Below are positions 40,043 to 49,627 of a stretch of DNA of 59,582 nt, piece after piece. Position 1 is the stretch's first letter. Every line of letters starts with the position of its first letter. The stretch is from Candidatus Omnitrophota bacterium. GTDB taxonomy: Bacteria; Omnitrophota; Gorgyraeia; 1-14-0-20-64-10. The DNA is taken from NCBI GenBank assembly GCA_016201735.1, contig JACQCH010000014.1, positions 1-59,582 of the forward strand, written 5' to 3'. Both the position numbers and the translations under genes were made by a program. Under the pieces are notes generated by a model, which worked only from the letters and a program-made list of their open reading frames with translations, was not told the origin of the DNA and ran no database searches.

Positions 40043-40630
40043 TATCAGGTACAACAGCGGAAACAGAAAGATCCAGACCAAATCCACGAAGTGCCAGTAC
40101 AGCCCGGAAAGCTCCACCCGGTGCCCGTCAGATCGGAGGAAGTTCGGCCGGAACGTCAGCCATAAGATCCAAAGGTTGGCGATGATTCCCGCCAGCACGT
40201 GAAGCCCATGTAAGCCCGTCAGGGTAAAGTAGCAATCCCAGAACAGTGCTGTTCCCGGGAAATGTCCGTGGGCGAATTTGATCGAATACTCATAGCCCTT
40301 CACTCCCAAGAAGGCGGTTCCCAACAGGATCGTCAAGAGGAGGAAGAGGCGGATCTTCTTCGAGTCGGCCTGATGAACCGCGGCGACGGACATCGCCATC
40401 GTCATGGAGCTGGAAAGCAGAATGAAGGTATTCATGGCGGCCAAGGGGATCGACAGATCCTCTCCCGGACGCGGCCAGTGAGCCATTCCGGCCCGTAAGA
40501 CAATGGTGGCCCCCAGAAGCCCGGTGAAAAACATCACCTCCGAGGCCAGGAAAAGCCACATCCCCAATTTCGCCGAAGGGATTCCGGTCGAGGTGTCTCC
40601 CGTGTGAACCGAATGAGCGTCGGTCGTCAC
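40040..40630 (-). CDS. ctaE: Cytochrome c oxidase subunit III
   Basis: GMWLFLASE.MFF, NT.ILLSSS, TGLHGLHV, LYWHFVD.VW; GTG start at 40630. Confidence 0.92.
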   Translation of the reverse strand: MTTDAHSVHTGDTSTGIPSAKLGMWLFLASEVMFFTGLLGATIVLRAGMAHWPRPGEDLSIPLAAMNTFILLSSSMTMAMSVAAVHQADSKKIRLFLLLTILLGTAFLGVKGYEYSIKFAHGHFPGTALFWDCYFTLTGLHGLHVLAGIIANLWILWLTFRPNFLRSDGHRVELSGLYWHFVDLVWIFLFPLLYLI

Positions 40631-40814
40631 CCCGCCCCTCCGGAGTTCTGGTTCCATCCCTTCAGGGATGGAACCGCTGTGCCGAAGGCACAGGTGCCCT
40701 CGGCTGTCTCCAATTCAAACCGGCCACCCTTTCCGAAAAACATGTGTCGCGTCTCCTTGGATCTTAAAGAACCCACTCCCTCTGCCGAGGGCACACTCCG
40801 GAGGGGCGGGGTCA
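40627..40814. mobile_element. MITE-like cloverleaf element, copy 3 (40630-40811)
   Basis: Same terminal inverted repeats and TCA direct repeats as copy 1. Confidence 0.8.
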
Positions 40815-42503
40815 TCCAATCACCTTGTCCAGTGTCATGGTAACAAAAAGAAACGGAAGGTAAAGCACCGACGCGAAGAAGAGCCGGTGAGCGGCCCGCG
40901 CCGACTTTGTCTGGGCGGTCATCAGGCCGATCGTTAAGAAGGCCAAGCTTCCCCCCAGCGCCCCGAAGAAATAAAGAGAGCCGGCCAATCCGAAGAAGCT
41001 CGGCAGCAGACTGGCCGGCACCAGGGCCGCGCAGTAAAGGGAGATCTGCCGGAAGGTCAGCCCCCCGTCCGGATCCAAGACCGGGAGCATCTTAAAACCG
41101 GCGCGCGCATAATCCTCCCGGAATTCCCACGCCAGCGCCAGGAAATGGGGCAGCTGCCAGAGGAAAAGAATCGCGAATAAGATCCAGGCCCCGACCCCCA
41201 GTTCCCCGCGGGCCGCCGCCCACCCGATCAGCGGAGGCAGGGCGCCGGGGATTGCCCCGATCAGCGTGCACAGGGCGGTGCGGGGTTTTAGAGGAGTGTA
41301 GAGGAACAGGTAAGTTCCCAGGGTGGCCGCTCCAAGAGTCCCGGCTAACGGATTTGCCCCGAAGGTTAAGATAAGAAGTCCGGCGACGGAAGCAGCGACG
41401 CCGAAAAACAGGGCCGATTCCGGCCGGATCCGCCCGGAGGGGATCGGCCGTTTGCGGGTCCGGCTCATCCGGGCGTCCGCTTCCTGTTCCAGAACCTGGT
41501 TCAGAGCGGCGGCGCCCCCGCCTAAGAAGGCGGTGCCCAGCAGAACCGAGACCCCTTTCCCCATATCCAGCGGGCCGGTCGACGCGAGGAATAAACCGAT
41601 CAGACTGGTGATCACCGCGAGACAGGTCAGGCGCGGTTTGGTCAGCTCCAGATAAACGGACAGGCCCGACGGATAATAGGAGGATTCGGAAGAATAAAAT
41701 ACCCGGACGCACAAGAGGACCGAGACGGCCAACATCAGAGCGCCGACGGCCACATGGGCCGTGGCCAGCCCAACGCCGCCTCCTCCCCGTACAAGAGTTG
41801 AGAATCCCAAGCCGATCTGAACCAGGAGGAGGCAGGGCAGCATTTTCGCGGGCCCGGCGAGGATGGAGTCTTGGCGGTGTCTTCGAAGAACGGCCGCAGC
41901 CGTCGCCCCGATGCAGCCGGCGACCGTCACAGCCCAAGCGATGTGGGCTCCGACCAGGTGCGGCCTCCAACCGGCGTGCCTTAACAACGCTCCCAAGATG
42001 AGCTGGCCGTAGACTGCCAACGCCGTCGCGAAACTTAGCTGCCGCAAGAAAACGGAAGGCCGTTCCTCGGGTTTGAGCCGCCGCGGCAGCCATTCAGGGG
42101 AAGTGACCTGCGCCAGCGCGACGATCGCGGCGAAGAAGGTTTGCCCTAAGCAGGCGTGGGCGACGGAAACCGGCAGAGGAAGCTGCCACAGGACGGTCAA
42201 TCCTCCCAGGATTCCCTGAAGGAGGACAAGCCCCAAGGCCCCGACCCCCAGCCGCCGGACCCACCGGCGGGATTCTTTCATCTGCAGCCAGACGGCAAGG
42301 ATCAGGGTCAAAAGCCCCACCGTGGCGGCGATCATCCGGTGAGTGTGCTCGAACCGGATCCCGCCGACCATCGGCGGGAAAAGGGTTCCGTAGGAAAGAG
42401 GCCAATCCGGGACCGACAACCCGGACCCGGTGGAGGTGACCAGCCCCCCCGCGATGATCAGCAGGAAGCTGACGAAGGCTGTGAAAACGGCGAGCCTATG
42501 CAT
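40812..42503 (-). CDS. ctaB: Fused heme A synthase (CtaA/COX15-like) and protoheme IX farnesyltransferase (CtaB/CyoE)
   Basis: N half GGLVT...GL..PDWP, EHTHR; C half LTKPR, N...E...DA.M.RT..RPIPSG, YTPLK, GA.PP..GW, WQ.PHF. Confidence 0.88.
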   Translation of the reverse strand: MHRLAVFTAFVSFLLIIAGGLVTSTGSGLSVPDWPLSYGTLFPPMVGGIRFEHTHRMIAATVGLLTLILAVWLQMKESRRWVRRLGVGALGLVLLQGILGGLTVLWQLPLPVSVAHACLGQTFFAAIVALAQVTSPEWLPRRLKPEERPSVFLRQLSFATALAVYGQLILGALLRHAGWRPHLVGAHIAWAVTVAGCIGATAAAVLRRHRQDSILAGPAKMLPCLLLVQIGLGFSTLVRGGGGVGLATAHVAVGALMLAVSVLLCVRVFYSSESSYYPSGLSVYLELTKPRLTCLAVITSLIGLFLASTGPLDMGKGVSVLLGTAFLGGGAAALNQVLEQEADARMSRTRKRPIPSGRIRPESALFFGVAASVAGLLILTFGANPLAGTLGAATLGTYLFLYTPLKPRTALCTLIGAIPGALPPLIGWAAARGELGVGAWILFAILFLWQLPHFLALAWEFREDYARAGFKMLPVLDPDGGLTFRQISLYCAALVPASLLPSFFGLAGSLYFFGALGGSLAFLTIGLMTAQTKSARAAHRLFFASVLYLPFLFVTMTLDKVIG

Positions 42504-44208
42504 GCTTCTCGGTTTGCATCTGCCAATCCCGCTTCATTCCCGGAACGGAATACTCGTAAGGCCCGCAGTGGACCACCGGAGTCTTGGCGAAATTTCCATG
42601 GGGCGGCGGGGAAGGGGTTTCCCATTCCAGGGTGGTCGCCTCCCATGGATTCGGGCCGGCCTTCTCTCCCTTAAACAGACTCCGGAAGAAATTGAAGGCG
42701 AACAGCAGCTGGGTAGCCATCAGGCAGAACGCGGAAACGGACATCATCCGGTTTAACGGAGCGAAATGGACCAATCCCGCGTACTGGGTGTAGTCGTAGA
42801 TTCGCCGCGGCATCCCGCCCAATCCCAGGATGAACATCGGGAACATGACGCCGTTGAAGAACAGGAACGTCAGCCAGAAATGGGTTTTCCCCCACCGGTC
42901 GTTCATCTTCCGGCCGAACATCTTGGGGAACCAGTAGGTGATCCCGGCGAAGGCCCCGAAGAGGGATCCGCCGAACAGGACGTAATGGAGATGGCCGACG
43001 ACGAAGTAGGTGTCGTGCATGTACATATCCACCGGCGTCGAGGCGAGAAAAACCCCGGTCAATCCCCCGATGATGAACATCGAGATGAATCCCAAGGCGT
43101 GCAGCATCGGGGTGGTGAGGCGGATGCTCCCCCGCCAGAGGGTTCCCAGCCAGCTGAACACCTTCACCCCCGTGGGAACCGCCACCGCCATCGTGGAAAC
43201 CATGAAGGTCGTCCCCAGCGTCGGGTTCATTCCGGTCTGGAACATGTGATGGGCCCAAACGAGGAACCCGACCGCTCCGATCGTCACCGCCGAGTAGGAG
43301 ATCGCCTTGTAGCCGAAGATCGGCTTCCGGGAAAAGTTGGGCAGGATGTCGGAGACAAATCCCATGGCCGGGAGAATCATGATGTAGACCGCAGGATGAG
43401 AATAGAACCAGAACAGGTGCTGCCACAAAAGGGCTTGGCCTCCGGCATGGGCGAGGGGAGTTCCGTCGACGATCATCCCGGCCGGGAGGAAGAAGCTGGT
43501 TCCCAAGCAGCGGTCCAGCAGGAGAAGGATCATGGCTGCGGCCAGCACCGGGGTGGCCAGCAGGGTCAGGACCGCCGTGGTGAACATGGCCCAGATCGAG
43601 ATCGGCAGCCGGTGGAAGCTCATCCCGGGCGCCCGGTGGTTGATGATCGTCGCCACGTAATTGACCGCGCCGAAGATCGACGAGAATCCCAGGATGACGA
43701 CCCCGGCCGCCCAAAGGGTTTGCCCCGGCCCCATCGTTTCTTTCAGCCCGCTTAAAGGAGGATACGCCGTCCAGCCGGAGGCCGCGGCGCCTCCCTCGAC
43801 GAAGAAGCCGGCCAGCACCGTCGCGGCGGCGATCGGAAAGAGCCAGTACGACAGCATGTTCAGGCGGGGGAAGGCCATGTCCGGCGCCCCGATCTTTAAG
43901 GGGATCAGGTAATTGCCGAACGCTCCGACGAGCAGGGGGATCACCCCGAAGAAGATCATGATCGAGCCGTGCATGGTAAAGAGCATGTTGTAATATTCCG
44001 GCACCATGATCCCGCCGGGCATTCCGGCGGGGGCTATTTTTTCCATGAAGGGCAAGGGGCTCCCCGGCCATCCCAGCTGCCAGCGCATCAGCATCGCCAA
44101 GAGTCCACCGAAAAACATGAAGATCAGAGAAGAGAAGAGGAATTGGATTCCGATCACCTTGTGATCCGTCGAGAAGATGTACTTCCGGATGAATCCCGGG
44201 TCACTCAT
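42496..44208 (-). CDS. ctaD: Cytochrome c oxidase subunit I (A2 type)
   Basis: TDHK.IG, TMHG, DMAFPRLN, GWT.YPPL, YSHPAVY, WAHHM, HDTYFVVGH.HY, GMPRR. Confidence 0.96.
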   Translation of the reverse strand: MSDPGFIRKYIFSTDHKVIGIQFLFSSLIFMFFGGLLAMLMRWQLGWPGSPLPFMEKIAPAGMPGGIMVPEYYNMLFTMHGSIMIFFGVIPLLVGAFGNYLIPLKIGAPDMAFPRLNMLSYWLFPIAAATVLAGFFVEGGAAASGWTAYPPLSGLKETMGPGQTLWAAGVVILGFSSIFGAVNYVATIINHRAPGMSFHRLPISIWAMFTTAVLTLLATPVLAAAMILLLLDRCLGTSFFLPAGMIVDGTPLAHAGGQALLWQHLFWFYSHPAVYIMILPAMGFVSDILPNFSRKPIFGYKAISYSAVTIGAVGFLVWAHHMFQTGMNPTLGTTFMVSTMAVAVPTGVKVFSWLGTLWRGSIRLTTPMLHALGFISMFIIGGLTGVFLASTPVDMYMHDTYFVVGHLHYVLFGGSLFGAFAGITYWFPKMFGRKMNDRWGKTHFWLTFLFFNGVMFPMFILGLGGMPRRIYDYTQYAGLVHFAPLNRMMSVSAFCLMATQLLFAFNFFRSLFKGEKAGPNPWEATTLEWETPSPPPHGNFAKTPVVHCGPYEYSVPGMKRDWQMQTEKHA

Positions 44209-44860
44209 TGGCTTTCGTCTCCGCGAGCCACTCCTGGAAATTGACGGCCGGCTCTGTGGTTACAAATCCCCGCATTCGGTAATGGCCCAGCCCGCACAGC
44301 TCCGCGCAACGGATTTCGAACTGGCCGGCCCGGGTGGCCTGCACCCAAACCTGGGTCGGCAGTCCCGGCACTGCGTCCTGTTTGACCCGGAACTCCGGGA
44401 CAAAGAAGCTGTGGATCACATCCTTCGAGAGAACCTTGATCAGGACCGGCTCTCCGACGGGCAGATGAAGCTGGTTGATCGTCGTGATGTCGTCCGCTGT
44501 GTTGAATTGGTTGTCCGGACCGGGATACCGGATGTTCCAGGCGAACTGCTCGGCCAGGATCTCCACCTGAACCGCGGGGGTCGGCATCTGTTTCGGGAAC
44601 CGGATTTCGGCCCAGACCTTTTGTGAGGCCAGGGTAAGAAAGAGCAGGATCACCGCCGGAACAATCGTCCAGATAATTTCCACTAGGGTGTTTCCGTGCA
44701 GATACGCGGCGGGTCTTCCCGGCTTGGCCCGATAGACAAGCACGAACAGCAATAAAGCCCCCTGAACCAGGAAGAAGAAGAATCCGGTGATCCAAAGGAT
44801 CGCCCAGAAGAGCCGGTCAACCTGCGGGGCGTAGGTGGAGGCGGCTTCCGGAAGAAGCAT
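44201..44860 (-). CDS. ctaC: Cytochrome c oxidase subunit II
   Basis: EIIWT.VP, QFAW, DVIHSF, CuA motif CAELCGLGHYRM; start 44860, or 44887 inside a repeat. Confidence 0.93.
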   Translation of the reverse strand: MLLPEAASTYAPQVDRLFWAILWITGFFFFLVQGALLLFVLVYRAKPGRPAAYLHGNTLVEIIWTIVPAVILLFLTLASQKVWAEIRFPKQMPTPAVQVEILAEQFAWNIRYPGPDNQFNTADDITTINQLHLPVGEPVLIKVLSKDVIHSFFVPEFRVKQDAVPGLPTQVWVQATRAGQFEIRCAELCGLGHYRMRGFVTTEPAVNFQEWLAETKANE

Positions 44861-44866
44861 TTCAGC

Positions 44867-44989
44867 GGTCTGATGAAAATGGCTCATCTGCTTCGTTGCA
44901 CGCTGCGCTCCCTTGTGTGGCGTACATGTTGACGTACGCCTCCGCGGTCGCTTGCGTGCGCCTCACATCTGAGACCATTTTGATCAGAC
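44867..44989. repeat. Palindromic repeat element upstream of subunit II
   Basis: ggtctgatgaaaatggctca...tgagaccattttgatcagacc with inner ggcgtac/gtacgcc. Confidence 0.65.
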
Positions 44990-45008
44990 CCCGAGGTGAA
45001 TCTGCAAT

Positions 45009-45725
45009 TTACTTTGCCTTGAACGAGAAGTTGACCGTTTTGGTTTCGCCGTCGGCGACGGTGACCTGCGCGGTCTGAGTGCCCAGCTTTTCGTGCCAAG
45101 CCTCCACCGTGTAGGTTCCGGCGGGAAGCCCGTTCAAAGTGAATGAACCATTCTCGCCGGTGACTCCGAAGAACGGATGATCCAGCACGACGGCATGGGC
45201 GGCCATCCAAGGATGGACATTGCACTTGAACGGCACCGGAATCTCCACCTTGTCAAAAGTCTTAGTCGTCTTCATTCCCTTGGTCGGCTGGGCGATGTTG
45301 AACCGCTTGTTGAGTTTCGGCTGAGCGTTGATGTTGTGAAGGGTCGCGTCGGAGTTGCGGATCTCCAAGGGCTGACCCACCTGAATGCCGAAGACGTGGG
45401 GATGGTACTGGCAGCCTGCTTGGTCGATCACCACCGGTGTCGTGGGAGCGGGGAAAGTTTTTCCGGACAAGCCATCCTTCATGTAGACCACCACATTCTG
45501 CAGGGCGCCGTTATTCACCACCAGATCCTCGCTCAAAACCGGATCTTTGTGGGCGCCCAGGCAGACCGGATCCGCCGCCATCTTGATTTTCTCCCGGGAG
45601 GGGGCGGCTCCTTCAAAAGAAACCTTTCCGGAAACCGTCGCCCCGGCGGCGAAAGCCGGGTTGGCAATCCCCATCCCGAGGATTATAAAAAGAAACCCGA
45701 GCATAATCTTCCTTGACGTATTCAT
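45009..45725 (-). CDS. Exported cupredoxin-like/carboxypeptidase-regulatory-domain protein
   Basis: Signal peptide, DPVC, DQ.GC.Y.PHV, NSD..LHN, KCNVHPWM, GTYTVEAWHE.LG. Confidence 0.8.
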   Translation of the reverse strand: MNTSRKIMLGFLFIILGMGIANPAFAAGATVSGKVSFEGAAPSREKIKMAADPVCLGAHKDPVLSEDLVVNNGALQNVVVYMKDGLSGKTFPAPTTPVVIDQAGCQYHPHVFGIQVGQPLEIRNSDATLHNINAQPKLNKRFNIAQPTKGMKTTKTFDKVEIPVPFKCNVHPWMAAHAVVLDHPFFGVTGENGSFTLNGLPAGTYTVEAWHEKLGTQTAQVTVADGETKTVNFSFKAK

Positions 45726-45737
45726 CTTCAGTCTCCT

Positions 45738-45850
45738 TGTCATTTCGAGCAAAGCGAGAAATCTCTATTTAGATCCCTCGCCTGCTGCGCAGGCTCGGGA
45801 TGACGTTCGGCCAGCGAACTTACGGAACGAAGTGACGTAAGTTCGGGCCT
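45738..45850. repeat. Two adjacent REP-like palindromes
   Basis: tgtcatttcgag...ctcgggatgac and cgaacttacg...cgtaagttcg. Confidence 0.65.
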
Positions 45851-45854
45851 CACG

Positions 45855-47222
45855 TCATTTCAAAACCAAATCAACCCAATTGGAATTGGCTCGGCGGCGG
45901 TCCCGCTCCCCGTTTCCGCCGTCGAAAACCACCGCTCCGAACAGGAACGGTTTCTTAGTGCTCAAGGTTACCCCTCCGGGATGGAAGGATTTAAGCGGGC
46001 GCTTGATCAGAAGCGTCCACACACCGTCTGCGTACGAATCTTGGCTGCGGCTAGAGGAAGCCGCACCACTTGTAATCTCTGAGTCGTTGGATTCAAGCAT
46101 CTGCTCGGCCTCCCGCGCCGAATCTTGTTTCGCGGACCAGCTGCATACGTCCAGCGCTGGAGCATCAGGGCCGGCCGGCCAACTCCGCAGAGAGCCGACC
46201 TGGAATTTGAGCCGACGATCCTGAAGCAGAAATAACCTCACGGCATCCGGCGGATCTTCCCGGCTCTCGTTCGGATCCTGCCAGGTCAGACGGAACAGAA
46301 CCGCATCTTCATTGTACACCGCTTGAACCCCGATTGCATTGACCGAGGTAGGTTGAATTTCTCCCTGCTGGTAGACGGTGCTGCTTAAACGCAGGTCCGT
46401 CCGGGGCGCCTCCTGCCATTTTGGATCCTCCGGGTCTGCCGGCAGGGATCCGGCCGCCTTGACCGCTTCGATCGTCCGGTTCCAATGCGGCGTTTCTTGG
46501 AGGGAATGCACGTAATAGGCCAGGTGCCAGGCATCTTCTTTTGAAGAGAGGGCGTCGGCATAGGAAGGCATCGGGGTCCCATCGATGCCGGCCATCATCC
46601 GGGCCACGATCTCTTTGACACCGGAACCGGCCCGGTAATTCCACCCCTGCGTCAGATTGGCGGCCCGGATCGGGCTGCCCCAGCTGTCGACAAGGGTCGG
46701 CGCCGACGGGCCGTTCCCCCGGCCGGCGGTGCCGTGGCAGGAAGCGCATCCCAGCTGCGCGTAAACCTCTTTCCCTTTTGCCAGGCTGGCCTCTTTGGGT
46801 CCTGGGTCTTTCCCCAGATCGATCGGTTCCGGGGCCTGGTCTTTAAAGATCGGGGAGAGACTCTTGACGTAGGCGATCAAGTTCCTGCGGGTCTCTTCCG
46901 AAAGGCGCTGGAAGTCCGGCATCCTGCTCCCGGGAAGTCCCGTCGAGAGGGTGCGGAAGAGATCCTCGTCGGTGGGAGGGGTTCCGCTGGCTGTAGTTCG
47001 GAATTTAAAGATCCCTTCGGCCAACTTGCGGGGTTTTGGGAACATCCGCTTGGCGTCGGGGCCGTCTCCGGCTCCGGTCGGCCCGTGGCACCGGGCGCAA
47101 TTGGCCTCGTAGGCATCCTTCCCGGCCGCTAAATCAGCGTCGGAAAAGGCCGGCGTTGGAGAACCCAGGAACCCAACGATTCCTAAACCGATGACCCATC
47201 TTATAGAGGAAGAAAGACACAT
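45855..47222 (-). CDS. Diheme cytochrome c with a C-terminal EB_dh/DOMON-like domain
   Basis: CARCHG..G.GDGP and CASCHG..GRG.GP, G..MP motifs, signal peptide. Confidence 0.8.
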   Translation of the reverse strand: MCLSSSIRWVIGLGIVGFLGSPTPAFSDADLAAGKDAYEANCARCHGPTGAGDGPDAKRMFPKPRKLAEGIFKFRTTASGTPPTDEDLFRTLSTGLPGSRMPDFQRLSEETRRNLIAYVKSLSPIFKDQAPEPIDLGKDPGPKEASLAKGKEVYAQLGCASCHGTAGRGNGPSAPTLVDSWGSPIRAANLTQGWNYRAGSGVKEIVARMMAGIDGTPMPSYADALSSKEDAWHLAYYVHSLQETPHWNRTIEAVKAAGSLPADPEDPKWQEAPRTDLRLSSTVYQQGEIQPTSVNAIGVQAVYNEDAVLFRLTWQDPNESREDPPDAVRLFLLQDRRLKFQVGSLRSWPAGPDAPALDVCSWSAKQDSAREAEQMLESNDSEITSGAASSSRSQDSYADGVWTLLIKRPLKSFHPGGVTLSTKKPFLFGAVVFDGGNGERDRRRANSNWVDLVLK

Positions 47223-47273
47223 CGAGGATTAGAATTTTCATTTTAACCGATCCCCGCCGATTTTTCTAGTTTC

Positions 47274-48533
47274 TCAACGCGCAAGGAAAGCGGTCAGCAG
47301 GCCTAAGTAGGTGCCGAGGAGGTTGCCTAAGATCGCCATCAGGAGTCCGACCGTCGCCAGTTCGGCGGAAAAGGTGGCTCCCACGATCGGAGCGGAGATC
47401 GGCCCGCCGATGTTCGCCTGGGAGGCGGTGGCGATCAGCCCCAACGGGGCCTTAAAGAGGAATCCTCCGACGATGAGCAGAACCAGCCCATGGATCAGGA
47501 TCCAGGTGATTCCGAAGGCGATAAAGACCGGTGCCTGGGCGATGGCCTGAAAATTCGCGCGGGCCCCGATCGAAGCCAGCAGCACATACAGGGCAAAGGT
47601 TCCGACCCGGGAAAGGCCCGCCTGCTCGATTCTTCTCAACGGGGTCAGGGAGAGAATCAGGGCCAGCGTGGTCACGAGCAGGATCGTCCAGCTCGACGGG
47701 TTCATCACCCATCCCATCGTCGGCAGCCGCCGGCCAATCCACTGCGCCATCACAGAAAGGGATACAGCTAGAGCGATGCCAGTTGCGAGGCCGTTGACAT
47801 TACTGGAGACAGCGCCATGGGAGGGGGCGGGGTTCGAAGACAATAGATGGCCCGAGCGGGCACGGTTCTCCGCCGGTGAGCTTTCACTCAGGCGGAGAGA
47901 GCGAGGGCCAGCTTTTAGCGAGACGACCTCGCTGGGGTCGTCTCGCGGGTCTGAGAATCCCGCTCCCTCCCGCTGGCGCTGAGTCAGGCGTTGCCACGGC
48001 TCCTGCCACGCGGAGCTCCAGATGAGGAGCGCCATCCAGGAATACGCGACGATCGCATCGACGAGGATGATCGGGGCCATCAGGGCGTCCGGAGTCCGCA
48101 GCGCCTCCTTGACCGCCAGCATGTTCGCAGAACCGCCGATCCAGCTTCCAGCGAGGGCTCCGACCGCGGCCCAGGAATCCGGCGGCAGCCATCGATGGTA
48201 CAACGCCAGTGAGGCCAGGCCTCCGAGGATCGTTCCGAAGGAGCCGGTGAGCATGAGAATGATCGCTACAGGACCCAGCCGGGCGATCCCTTTTAGGTCG
48301 GTGCCGATCAAAAGAAGGACGAGGCAGATGGGGAGGAGTTGTTGCGAGAGGGCGCTGTATAGAGGATGGCTTGAGGGCAGCCAGCCCAAGCTCGTTCCCG
48401 CCATCGGGATCATGTAGCACCAGAAGGGGAGCGGAAAAAATTTAAACGCCCAGCGGAACTTCGGCTGAACAGATAAATTCCGCAGGACAGCAACCAGGGC
48501 GATCAGGAACAGTAAGAGATGGAGAGACGTCAT
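47274..48533 (-). CDS. DUF819-family membrane transporter
   Basis: GSWIGGSANM.A, IGA.A, ASQANIGGP.SAP; contains an in-frame palindromic insert. Confidence 0.82.
   Translation of the reverse strand: MTSLHLLLFLIALVAVLRNLSVQPKFRWAFKFFPLPFWCYMIPMAGTSLGWLPSSHPLYSALSQQLLPICLVLLLIGTDLKGIARLGPVAIILMLTGSFGTILGGLASLALYHRWLPPDSWAAVGALAGSWIGGSANMLAVKEALRTPDALMAPIILVDAIVAYSWMALLIWSSAWQEPWQRLTQRQREGAGFSDPRDDPSEVVSLKAGPRSLRLSESSPAENRARSGHLLSSNPAPSHGAVSSNVNGLATGIALAVSLSVMAQWIGRRLPTMGWVMNPSSWTILLVTTLALILSLTPLRRIEQAGLSRVGTFALYVLLASIGARANFQAIAQAPVFIAFGITWILIHGLVLLIVGGFLFKAPLGLIATASQANIGGPISAPIVGATFSAELATVGLLMAILGNLLGTYLGLLTAFLAR
47808..47985. repeat. In-frame multi-hairpin palindromic insertion in the DUF819 gene
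   Basis: Outer cagcgcca.gggagggggcggggttc / gaatcccgctccctccc.ctggcgctg; inner gcgagacgacc/ggtcgtctcgc and tctccgcc/ggcggaga. Confidence 0.75.
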
Positions 48534-48562
48534 TGCGAAGAGCGAAACGATGAAGCAATCTC
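48528..48562. repeat. CGTC-type REP-like unit supplying the ATGA junction at 48530-48533
   Basis: cgtcattgcgaagagcgaaacgatgaagcaatctc. Confidence 0.6.
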
Positions 48563-49627
48563 AGCGCCGCAGCCGGGCCGGGTGGGATGAACGGTCAGCC
48601 GGGCTCCTCGGGTCTCAAAACCGGGAACGCCGGGCGGGGAAACGACCAAGAGATGAGAATCCAGATCAACGAAATCAAAAACGCCCGTCCCGCAGGCGAA
48701 CTGAACGGATGCCGACAAGCCGACCGCCGACTCGGCCATGCAGCCGATCATCAGCTTCATACCGGCCCGTCTGGCCAGGCGGACGATCTTGAAGGCTCCC
48801 AGGAGCCCGCACTTGGCAAGCTTGATATTGAGGATCCGGACGGTTCTTTTGCGAATCAGTCGGCCCGCTTCGGAGACACTCCGAGCCGACTCATCGGCAG
48901 CGACGGAGATTCCCCCTTCTTTCTGAACCTGGGCGAGCCCATCCCAGTCTTCCCGGGCGACCGGCTGCTCGAACAGTCGGATCGGGAAATGGTGCCGGCG
49001 CAGGAGCCGGGCAAAGCCAATGGCTTCTTTCACGGTAAATCCTTGGTTGCCATCGACCCAGAGGGTCGCCTGTGGGGCTGCCTCGCAGACGGAGGCGATC
49101 CGCCGCAGATCCCCGTCCGGATTTTTCCCGGTCACCTTTACCTTCAGCCGCCGGAAGCCGGCCGCCTGGGCGCTGGAGGCCGCGCGGGCCGCTTGGTTTC
49201 CGGGCCAGGCCGAGATCGTCAAGCTGGTCGTGACCGATCGGCCTTTTGCTCCATAGAAGCGCCAGAGAGGAATTCCTTTCGTCCGGGTGTAGGCATCCAT
49301 CAGCGCGCACTCGAGAGCCCCAACGGCGGTCGGGTGCTCACCGGCCGCTTCCCACGCCGATTCAGCCAATCGGCGGAAGCAGAGGATGGAGGCACCGATC
49401 AACCGGCCCTCGAGCCGCCGGAGGGCGGCGGCCATCGCGGCCTGAGTTTCCGAGGGCCAGGCCAGCGACGCGGAGGCTTCTCCGATCCCGACGGTCCCGT
49501 CTTCCAGCCGGAGCCGAACGAGCAGATTCCGGCTGATCCGCTTATTCCCCAGTGCCGTCACGAACGGCCGGCGCATCGGGAGATTCAGCGGCGCCAGTTC
49601 CAGCCCGGCGATCCGCTCGCCGCTCAC
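48530..49627 (-). CDS. Dipeptide (L-Ala-D/L-Glu) epimerase, enolase superfamily (YkfB-like)
   Basis: KVK, DGNQG, EQP, ADES, NIKLAK, GCMAES, DLD. Confidence 0.88.
   Translation of the reverse strand: MSGERIAGLELAPLNLPMRRPFVTALGNKRISRNLLVRLRLEDGTVGIGEASASLAWPSETQAAMAAALRRLEGRLIGASILCFRRLAESAWEAAGEHPTAVGALECALMDAYTRTKGIPLWRFYGAKGRSVTTSLTISAWPGNQAARAASSAQAAGFRRLKVKVTGKNPDGDLRRIASVCEAAPQATLWVDGNQGFTVKEAIGFARLLRRHHFPIRLFEQPVAREDWDGLAQVQKEGGISVAADESARSVSEAGRLIRKRTVRILNIKLAKCGLLGAFKIVRLARRAGMKLMIGCMAESAVGLSASVQFACGTGVFDFVDLDSHLLVVSPPGVPGFETRGARLTVHPTRPGCGAEIASSFRSSQ

Noticed and set aside
39888-40814. CRISPR array or integron attC cassettes
   Set aside because: Copies are dispersed, bounded by inverted repeats and separate core respiratory genes; no spacers, cas genes, intI or GTTRRRY cores.
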